Below are positions 31,421 to 37,992 of a stretch of 64,000 nucleotides of DNA, in pieces. The notes under the pieces are model-generated. The model ran no database searches and was not told where the DNA came from. It saw nothing but the letters and a program-made list of their open reading frames with translations. The translations under genes and the position numbers were made by a program. Where the stretch lies: positions 7,976 to 71,975 of the forward strand of contig LCPL01000001.1 in the NCBI GenBank assembly GCA_001003605.1, given 5' to 3'. Origin of the DNA: Parcubacteria group bacterium GW2011_GWC2_48_17. GTDB lineage: Bacteria > Patescibacteriota > Minisyncoccia > Phycocordibacterales > UBA10002. Every line of letters begins with the position of its first letter. Position 1 is the first letter of the stretch.

Positions 31421-31562
31421 CGGGGAGAACATGACACCCAAAGCACAGTGTCCAAAAACCCAAACAAAGCACAGTGTGTCAAAAAAACAAACAAGTCCGG
31501 TTTGTGTTTTGAAAGTTTGTGCAGTTTGTTTGGGCTTTGTGTACTGTGCTTTGGTAAGTTTA
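31421..31562. repeat. Long imperfect palindrome, CA-rich arm / TG-rich arm (~60-nt arms). Second copy at 54775-54915.
   Basis: The left arm cccaaagcacagtgtccaaaaacccaaacaaagcacagtg... is almost G-free. The right arm ...cagtttgtttgggctttgtgtactgtgctttgg is its approximate reverse complement. Copy 2 shares caaagcacagtacacaaag...ccggtttg.... Confidence 0.5.
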
Positions 31563-31584
31563 AAACAGGTAATTAAGCCAACTT

Positions 31585-32007
31585 ATGTCTTTCATTGAAA
31601 AAGTGTGCCATTCGTTTAGCAAAGTACCACAAATGGCAGTGCATCTGGGCTGGGGCGCTTTTCTCATGCTCTTTCTCACGCCGCAATCAGCCTTTGCGAC
31701 ACCATGTCCCGAAGGAAGACTCTGCAATCCCATCAACTTTCCCAATCTTACCGCGTTCCTGCTTGAAATTGTAAATATAGCAATCCAGTACGGCGCGCTC
31801 CTTATCGTATTTTTCATCGTCTTCGCCGGTTTTAAATTCGTTACGGCGCAAGGGAACAGCGAGAAGGTGAGTGAGGCGAGAAAAATGTTTACGTGGATTG
31901 TTGTCGGCGCCTTCGTGCTTCTTGGCGTCTATGTGATTAAGGCCGCCATCTGCGGCTCCATAGAACAGCTTGGGGTCACGAACGCGTGCGGATTGACTTC
32001 GCAATGA
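31585..32007 (+). CDS. Secreted two-TM pilin-like protein, paralog 2
   Basis: ...ALLIVFFIVFAGFKFVTAQGNSEKVSEARKMFTWIVVGAFVLLGVYVI... is the same helix / charged-loop / helix core. Confidence 0.45.
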   Translation: MSFIEKVCHSFSKVPQMAVHLGWGAFLMLFLTPQSAFATPCPEGRLCNPINFPNLTAFLLEIVNIAIQYGALLIVFFIVFAGFKFVTAQGNSEKVSEARKMFTWIVVGAFVLLGVYVIKAAICGSIEQLGVTNACGLTSQ

Positions 32008-32026
32008 AAGCAGTACTTAGTAGTTA

Positions 32027-32182
32027 GTAGTAGAGGACTTACGCGGTTGACTGAATTCTCCCTTAATAAAGGGAGCACTGCCGCCTTCGGCAGGAGGGAT
32101 GTTACAACCCCCGCCTCGCCGACTCGGCACCCCCTTTACTAAGGGGGACACACTTCGACCGGATTCCAAACGCGTAAGTCCT
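32027..32182. mobile_element. MITE-like element, copy B (TIR AGGACTTACGCG), with a hairpin-rich interior
   Basis: aggacttacgcg at 32027 and cgcgtaagtcct at 32171-32182. The interior has ctcccttaataaagggag and cccccctttactaaggggg stem-loops, and is related to 37640-37870. Confidence 0.5.
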
Positions 32183-32209
32183 AAGTAGTAGATTAATAGA
32201 CAAAGCAAA

Positions 32210-32593
32210 TTGATGAAAACTATAAGCCACAAAACAAATAGATTTTCTTTGCTACCCTCTACCTTCTACCTTCTACCATCTGCTTTCTTCTACCTTCTAC
32301 CTTCTGTTTCCCTTGCCAACGACTCCATCAAAATCTTTGATACTCCCAATAAGCTCACGTTCACAGACCTCGCGGGGCGGCTTGCAGGCGTTGGGAATAC
32401 AATCATAACCTTTCTCGTCGGCGTTGCTCTCGTTCTTTTGATTTGGGGCGCTTTCAAGTACATCCGTGCCGCCGGCGACTCGGAAAAGCTTGCCGAGGGA
32501 CGTCGAGTGGCCGTCTATGGCATCATTGCCTTGTTTCTAATGCTTTCTTTCTGGGGATTTGTTATGATTATCAAGAAGAGCTTGTTCGGGTAA
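32210..32593 (+). CDS. Secreted two-TM pilin-like protein, paralog 3. Its N-terminal hydrophobic region is encoded by CTACCTTC repeats.
   Basis: ...TFLVGVALVLLIWGAFKYIRAAGDSEKLAEGRRVAVYGIIALFLMLSFWGFVMII. There is no in-frame alternative start downstream of the repeat region. Confidence 0.45.
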   Translation: MMKTISHKTNRFSLLPSTFYLLPSAFFYLLPSVSLANDSIKIFDTPNKLTFTDLAGRLAGVGNTIITFLVGVALVLLIWGAFKYIRAAGDSEKLAEGRRVAVYGIIALFLMLSFWGFVMIIKKSLFG

Positions 32594-32659
32594 TACCAAT
32601 CTGCGAATGTGAACCAATCTACGAATACCTGCTAATAAAACCTACTAATAAACACGCCA

Positions 32660-33130
32660 ATGGCTAGACAAATTTTCTCAATGCTCCTCATAACGCTGAT
32701 GTTGCTGTCTGGAATGATGATGTTTGCGACTCCCACGTTCGCGATATTGTGCGCCTACACGGACGGCGGCACGGTTGAGGTACCTGGGACAGTGTGTCCT
32801 GATGGAAGCACACCTGTTGGCGATCCATCTGGTGACGGCGGCAGTCAAATAACCACCTTCGCTGGTTTGCTAAAACACATCAACGCACTTCTCAACCTCG
32901 TTGTTCCGTTCCTCGTGGGTCTGGCTGTTTTTGTTATAATCTACGGAGTCTTCAAGTACGTTTTCCACGCGGCAGATGAGGAGAAGCGGACGGAAGCAAG
33001 ACTCTTCATCGTCTGGGGAGTAATCGGCGTCTTCTTCATGCTCTCCATTTGGGGGCTCGTGAATATCCTTGTCAACACCGTTCCTCTGCAAAAAAAGCCG
33101 CCGAAGGTGGAGTCGGTGTTTCCTAAGTAA
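32660..33130 (+). CDS. Secreted two-TM pilin-like protein, paralog 4
   Basis: Signal peptide and a Cys-containing N-domain. Core: ITTFAGLL...VPFLVGLAVFVIIYGVFKYVFHAADEEKRTEARLFIVWGVIGVFFMLSIWGLVNIL. Confidence 0.5.
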   Translation: MARQIFSMLLITLMLLSGMMMFATPTFAILCAYTDGGTVEVPGTVCPDGSTPVGDPSGDGGSQITTFAGLLKHINALLNLVVPFLVGLAVFVIIYGVFKYVFHAADEEKRTEARLFIVWGVIGVFFMLSIWGLVNILVNTVPLQKKPPKVESVFPK

Positions 33131-33178
33131 ATACCAATATACGAATGGGAACCAATCTACGAATACCTGCGAATAAGA

Positions 33179-33312
33179 TAGGACTTACGCATTTCGTCAT
33201 TTTCTGTCATTCCCGCGCAGGCGGGAATCCATGCCTTGAAATAACACTCTGGATTCCCGTTCCCCGCCTTCGCGAGGACAAGCTTCACGGGAATGACACC
33301 AAATACGACTTT
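33179..33312. mobile_element. MITE-like element, copy C (left TIR TAGGACTTACGC, degenerate right end)
   Basis: taggacttacgcattt at 33179. The interior has gtcattcccgcgcaggcgggaatcc and ctggattcccg cores homologous to copy A. The ORF-track ORF 33145..33339 is the translation of this repeat. Confidence 0.45.
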
Positions 33313-33335
33313 TTAGAAGCTAATTTCTTAACCTC

Positions 33336-33905
33336 ATGAAGAAAACATACGCGTTTGCGGCAATCTTTGTGTTACTTTTCGTTCTGTCCGCTTCTTTACT
33401 GCCCGGTATTACATTTGCGAACCATGTGTGTATCGGCGATCCTAATTGGGACGAGGACAATGATTTTGCCGAAGGCCATGCTTGTGTCCCGGCCAGCAAT
33501 AGCGGCGGTGGCGGCAAAATAACCACCTTTGAAGGTTTGCTCGGCAAACTAAGTTCGGCCGTCAACTCGCTCGTGCCGTTCATAATAGGACTCGCGGTTT
33601 TTGTCATTATCTGGGGGATTTTTAACTACATCGTGCGTGCCGCAGATGAGGAGAAACGGGCGGATGCGAAAAAGTACATTATCTGGGGAATCGTTGGGTT
33701 GTTTTTTATGCTCTCCATCTGGGGCTTCGTGAACATCCTCTTAAACAGCATCAACCTTGATAGGACCATCAAGACAAGCGATATTCCAAGAGTTCCAAGC
33801 ATTGGCGGGATAGACGGGACAGATGGCGGCACCCCCAGCGGACGGGACAATGGAAGAGATGGCACAGATGACTGTGATCCATCTATTAAGGATTGTCAGC
33901 AATAA
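33336..33905 (+). CDS. Secreted two-TM pilin-like protein, paralog 5, with a G/D-rich C-terminal tail
   Basis: KITTFEGLLGKLSSAVNSLVPFIIGLAVFVIIWGIFNYIVRAADEEKRADAKKYIIWGIVGLFFMLSIWGFVNILLNSINL, then GGIDGTDGGTPSGRDNGRDGTDDCDPS. Confidence 0.5.
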   Translation: MKKTYAFAAIFVLLFVLSASLLPGITFANHVCIGDPNWDEDNDFAEGHACVPASNSGGGGKITTFEGLLGKLSSAVNSLVPFIIGLAVFVIIWGIFNYIVRAADEEKRADAKKYIIWGIVGLFFMLSIWGFVNILLNSINLDRTIKTSDIPRVPSIGGIDGTDGGTPSGRDNGRDGTDDCDPSIKDCQQ

Positions 33906-33924
33906 TTATGAGTGTACCGCCACT

Positions 33925-34281
33925 ATGTTGTTTAGCATAGGAAAGAAAAACACAGCTCTCATTTGGTACGGCCTTCTTTATTTTTTTCTCGCGCCACTCA
34001 CTTTGTTCGCGCAGTCTACTGACCTGCCGAAAGACGCAACCGAGCTCCTCAACCGCATAAGCACATTCATCATAAACCCCATCATCTATCTCCTTTTCGC
34101 CGCCGCGTTTGTAATTTTCGTTTGGGGACTCGTGCAATTCGTGGCGCATCTTGACAACGAAGAGGCGAGAAGCACGGGGGGTAAGCACATGATTTGGGGC
34201 ATCATCGGCATGGTCATCATGGTCAGCGTCAACGGAATAATCTACATAATCCAAAACACCATTCTTCAGCTGGGAAGCTGA
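33925..34281 (+). CDS. Two-TM pilin-like protein, paralog 6 (divergent)
   Basis: Start moved to Met 33925 (the 33823 start overlaps paralog 5). ...IIYLLFAAAFVIFVWGLVQFVAHLDNEEARSTGGKHMIWGIIGMVIMVSVNGIIYII. Confidence 0.4.
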   Translation: MLFSIGKKNTALIWYGLLYFFLAPLTLFAQSTDLPKDATELLNRISTFIINPIIYLLFAAAFVIFVWGLVQFVAHLDNEEARSTGGKHMIWGIIGMVIMVSVNGIIYIIQNTILQLGS

Positions 34282-34338
34282 AGAATAGCTGCTAGCTGTT
34301 AGGTGCTAGGTTCTAGGAAGGAAAAAGAAAAGAAATAG

Positions 34339-34638
34339 ATGCATGAAAGCCGAAAACTAACCGCTTCTGCCCTGCCTTTGACCGATAACGCCACTAATGC
34401 TAGCATAAGAACCATGAATACAATCGTTTTGAAAACAGCTGAATATCAAGAACTAAAGACCCGCGCTGATGCATACGATAGGTTGGTATTTGCCGTGCGT
34501 GAAGAGATTTTTTCGCCACCTCCGACCCGAAACCGCGCCAAGATTATTTCTGAATTAAAAAAGACAAAACGCTATAACAATAAATTTCTTGAGAGTCTCG
34601 CTCGCGGTTTGAAGCGTTCGTCGTATTTCACCTCATAG
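34339..34638 (+). CDS. Putative antitoxin partner of the RelE/ParE toxin (assigned by position only)
   Basis: 99-aa ORF ending 8 nt before the RelE-like toxin gene. No motif recognised. Confidence 0.35.
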   Translation: MHESRKLTASALPLTDNATNASIRTMNTIVLKTAEYQELKTRADAYDRLVFAVREEIFSPPPTRNRAKIISELKKTKRYNNKFLESLARGLKRSSYFTS

Positions 34639-34645
34639 ATTTTCC

Positions 34646-34894
34646 ATGAAAATACTCCCGCTTCATTCGGAAATCGTCCGGTATATTAAAGCGCGAGGTT
34701 TGCTAAAACGGTTTGAAAAGCAGTCAAGACTTTTCGTCGCTAATTTAAATCATCCGAGTCTTGAAATGGGATTGCTTGAACCAAGGCATTTGCGCATTTT
34801 TAGTTTTCGCCTCAACCGGAAGTACCGAGCGATTTTCATTTTTCAAGACAGGGAGACGATTGAGGTGATTGATATCAATAATCACTACCAATAA
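34646..34894 (+). CDS. RelE/ParE-family type II toxin
   Basis: ...HPSLEMGLLEPRHLRIFSFRLNRKYRAIFIFQDRETIEVIDINNHY matches the RelE/ParE C-terminal pattern (HP.L....L.....s.R+...YR.i....+..i.v..I..H). Confidence 0.6.
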   Translation: MKILPLHSEIVRYIKARGLLKRFEKQSRLFVANLNHPSLEMGLLEPRHLRIFSFRLNRKYRAIFIFQDRETIEVIDINNHYQ

Positions 34895-35025
34895 GAAGAA
34901 TAGCTGCTGGCTGTCCGGCGCTAGGTTCTAGCCGGATAAAGGAGAGGAAGATAGCTTCTAGCTGCTAGGTTCTAGCTTTTAGGAAAGAAATCGAAAAACA
35001 ACTTCTAGATAAGCGCCACACATGT

Positions 35026-35394
35026 ATGACTATCACAAAATCCTACAAAGACCTGATTGTGTGGCAAAAAGGAGTTGAACTTTCCGTGCTTGTATATGAA
35101 CTGACTGAAAAGTTTCCCAATGAAGAGAGATATGCGCTTACTTCACAAATGAGACGAGCTGCCGTTTCCATTCCATCAAATATAGCCGAAGGGCGTTGTA
35201 GAAGTACAAAAAAGGATTTTTGCCAGTTTCTGCATATTGCCCTCGGTTCTGCGGCAGAGCTTGAAACACAAATAGAAATTGCAAAGCGAATATCAAAGAC
35301 CTCCAATATCTCATATACAACCATAGAAGCCCTGCTTACCGAAGTTATGAAAATGCTCAATGCTCTTATCTCCAAACTAGAAGCCAATGCCTGA
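35026..35394 (+). CDS. Four-helix-bundle protein (IVS/Avd family), copy 2
   Basis: KDLIVWQKGVELSVLVYELTEKFPNEERYALTSQMRRAAVSIPSNIAEG...LGSAAELETQIEIAKRI. Confidence 0.75.
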   Translation: MTITKSYKDLIVWQKGVELSVLVYELTEKFPNEERYALTSQMRRAAVSIPSNIAEGRCRSTKKDFCQFLHIALGSAAELETQIEIAKRISKTSNISYTTIEALLTEVMKMLNALISKLEANA

Positions 35395-35563
35395 CAGCGC
35401 CAGCACCTTCTCTCGATTCTGCTTCTTCTAGAACCTAGCAGCTAACACCTATCCCTTGCTATCCACACCCCCCCCTTGCGCGTGCGGGAATATAGGATAG
35501 AATAGTGCGTATTAATAGGATTTTCCAAATAGGTCGTATTACTAATTATTTTATAAGTGCTTT

Positions 35564-35989
35564 ATGACTACATTGAAGAAAATTGTCCTTGCGGTCTCTG
35601 CGTATGCTTTGCCGCTGGCCGCGTTTGCACAGGCAGAGGTAGGTAATCTTACTGACCTGTTTATCACAATAAACGGGATTATCAACACCATTATTCCGTT
35701 TCTCGTCGGAATCGCCGTCTTTATCATCATCTGGGGCGTCTTCACCTACATTGCCGGCGCGGGAGACGAGGAGAAGCGGGCGCAGGCGAAGTCGTTCATC
35801 GTCTGGGGTGTTGTCGGCGTGTTTATCATGCTCTCCATCTGGGGGCTCGTGAACATCCTCGCCAACAGCATAAATCTCAAAAAAGACCCGCTTTCACAAG
35901 ATGACCTTCCGACATTTGACTTTGATTTCGGGCAGGACGTTGGCCCTGGCCCTGGCCCTGGTCCCGGCCCTGGCGATGAACAACAGTAA
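35564..35989 (+). CDS. Secreted two-TM pilin-like protein, paralog 7, ending in a (GP)n tail
   Basis: Signal peptide. IIPFLVGIAVFIIIWGVFTYIAGAGDEEKRAQAKSFIVWGVVGVFIMLSIWGLVNILANSINL. C-terminal GPGPGPGPGPG. Confidence 0.5.
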   Translation: MTTLKKIVLAVSAYALPLAAFAQAEVGNLTDLFITINGIINTIIPFLVGIAVFIIIWGVFTYIAGAGDEEKRAQAKSFIVWGVVGVFIMLSIWGLVNILANSINLKKDPLSQDDLPTFDFDFGQDVGPGPGPGPGPGDEQQ

Positions 35990-36084
35990 TTAGTGTGTTT
36001 CGTGATGGTTCTCTGATTAAAAAGAAACGCCAAGGACCTCTGTCCTTGGCGTTTTGCGTTGTTTCCCCATCCATGGGAGATTTT

Positions 36085-36804
36085 TCACTGTCTCCGATTG
36101 ACGGCGAGGCCGGAGCGACCTTGGACTTCACCTGCCACAACGGCGGTGAAGCTCTGGGTCTTAACTACCGTTCCCCGTAAGTGTCCATGCCGAGGAAGCG
36201 GGGAGCCGATGGAGGCGGCATGTCGGCGTCCTTTTTTCAGGAAGTTCGGGGTGGACACGTCCACATGTCCCCTCACATGAGCGGACGCCGTAATCCTTGC
36301 CCTACTCCCGCCGTAAACGGTGGGGGGGAGGAAGCTCCGAGTCCCTCCACCGAAGTTGGAGTGCGTTGACCCCCATTGCCGACTTGGAGCAAGCATCAAT
36401 GCTCCATTCGAGCGGCGCACTAACACCGCCTTTCCGCGAGGAGCTGGGTAGTTCCCTTGCCGTACTTCCTGCGGCGCAATGTTGCCAGTAACCCCCGTAA
36501 CCCCCGGATTGGGGAAGGGGGGAATGACCGTCGGTGAGGTCGCGCCCGGAGGCCTCTGCCCGAGAACCCTCTCCCTCCATGTTCGCTCTTCAACCGGCGG
36601 TGTTGACACCACCGTGAAGTTTGTCTGGGCGTACACGACTTGGGGTTGATTCCCCACCTGCTGTGATATCACTGTCCCAGAGATGTTGGTCGTAAGGACC
36701 GGCGGGACATACCGATGCCCCACACTCCCAGTCCGCGGGCCGACGCATCCTACCGCCGTCATGGCGATTATGATTCCAAAGAACAAACCGATTTTTGCTT
36801 TCAT
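36085..36804 (-). CDS. Putative lipoprotein (GC-rich island)
   Basis: Lipobox-like N-terminus MKAKIGLFFGIIIAMTAVGC. P/G/T-rich mature region. Confidence 0.45.
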   Translation of the reverse strand: MKAKIGLFFGIIIAMTAVGCVGPRTGSVGHRYVPPVLTTNISGTVISQQVGNQPQVVYAQTNFTVVSTPPVEERTWRERVLGQRPPGATSPTVIPPFPNPGVTGVTGNIAPQEVRQGNYPAPRGKAVLVRRSNGALMLAPSRQWGSTHSNFGGGTRSFLPPTVYGGSRARITASAHVRGHVDVSTPNFLKKGRRHAASIGSPLPRHGHLRGTVVKTQSFTAVVAGEVQGRSGLAVNRRQ

Positions 36805-36950
36805 TTCTGCCTTTCGGTGTTGTATCCGCGACTTTGCCGCGGATGGGTTTCTGAAATGCTGCGAGCATTATATCATGCATACCAATATGTCGTCAAGTTT
36901 TGAATCAAGGTTCAACTTTTCTCCGATTTTAAGGTTGAACCTTGGTATCA

Positions 36951-36985
36951 GAAAAAAAAACGCCAGACGCGGGGTGCGTCTGGCG
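36951..36985 (-). terminator. Intrinsic terminator for 37011..37535 (-)
   Basis: On the + strand: A9 then cgccagacgc-gggg-tgcgtctggcg. This reads as hairpin + T9 on the minus strand. Confidence 0.6.
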
Positions 36986-37010
36986 CTGTGCAGGAAGGTC
37001 TCCTCGGATA

Positions 37011-37535
37011 CTATCGCCGGCCATAGCTGGGAAGGAGCACCAACGCTCCGTCAGAGCGATAACCAAATCGCGCCCTCCCAGTGGAATAGCGGTACGGCCG
37101 ATAGTGTCGGCCATATCCTCCATACCCGCTAGTGCGGTAGTACCCGCGCCTGTAGTGGGAGTAGGAGTACGGGTGATAGTGGCGAACACTTTCAGCGCCG
37201 GGCATGAAGTATTGGTATTGGACGGGGTACGCGCCCCCTCCAGCCTGGACGAGAAGAACAAATTGATGTCCGCCTCCTCCTTGGGGAGCGGTTGAAGCAG
37301 GCGCTGATATCGGCTCCGTCGGCACGAAGACTGGCGTCCCATCTTTTGCAAAGAGCCACTGTCCCTGAAGCTCCACCAGTTTCCCATCCCGCAGAATTGT
37401 CGGGTTTTTGAGCACGACGGGTGGGTTGATGGAAGCCGCCAATGGCGGTGTTGCGGGGTCGGAAGCGGCTTGCCCAAAGGCAAGCGGGCCGATGCCAAGT
37501 GCGATGGCAAAGAACAGACTTTTCTTGTTTTTCAT
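37011..37535 (-). CDS. Secreted protein with a Y/G/R-rich low-complexity C-terminus
   Basis: Signal peptide MKNKKSLFFAIALGIGPLAFGQAA. C-terminal HYHPYSYSHYRRGYYRTSGYGGYGRHYRPYRYS. Confidence 0.45.
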   Translation of the reverse strand: MKNKKSLFFAIALGIGPLAFGQAASDPATPPLAASINPPVVLKNPTILRDGKLVELQGQWLFAKDGTPVFVPTEPISAPASTAPQGGGGHQFVLLVQAGGGAYPVQYQYFMPGAESVRHYHPYSYSHYRRGYYRTSGYGGYGRHYRPYRYSTGRARFGYRSDGALVLLPSYGRR

Positions 37536-37893
37536 GCAGTCGAATAGGTTTTGAGTGTTTCGATTGGCTGGTTTTTACCAGCAGAGGACTTTTCTCTGTT
37601 TCGACTCTACCACGGCATCACAATCGCGTCCAACATTAAAGGGTAATCACCGATACTCCCATCTTCTTCCGGAATTCTCCCTTACCAAAGGGAGTACCGA
37701 ATTCTGATTCGGGGAGGGTTGTTGCGGGTAAGCTATTTGTTAAGGGGGAAACAACCCCCGCTCCGAAGACGGAGCATCCCTTCACTAAGGGAAAGACAAC
37801 CCCCACCTCGCAGACTCGGCACCCCCTTTGTTTCCGCCAAAGGACGGATCCGCCTCTGGAGGAAAGGGGGATTGGAGAGTGTGAGAATTGACT

Positions 37894-37935
37894 AAAAACA
37901 CCGACTCCAGAAGCTCCTGGAGTCGGTGTTTTTTA
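37894..37935. terminator. Bidirectional intrinsic terminator (A5 - 12-bp stem - T6)
   Basis: aaaaa caccgactccag aagc tcctggagtcggtg tttttt. Lies 60 nt downstream of the stop of 37993..39237 (-). Confidence 0.65.
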
Positions 37936-37992
37936 TTTGTATTTTGGAATTTGTGATTTGTTTAGAGTTTAGAGTTTCGAATTTAGAGTTTC

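Noticed and set aside
33145-33339. 64-aa ORF (..HSRAGGNP..WIPVPRLREDKLHGNDT..)
   Set aside because: It is the well-known pseudo-protein translation of the palindromic repeat core inside MITE copy C.
36000-37640. Many overlapping ORFs on both strands (e.g. 36683..37132 +, 36942..37295 +, 36929..37510 -)
   Set aside because: The high-GC region yields long spurious ORFs. Only the two with clear signal or lipobox N-termini (36085..36804 -, 37011..37535 -) were kept.
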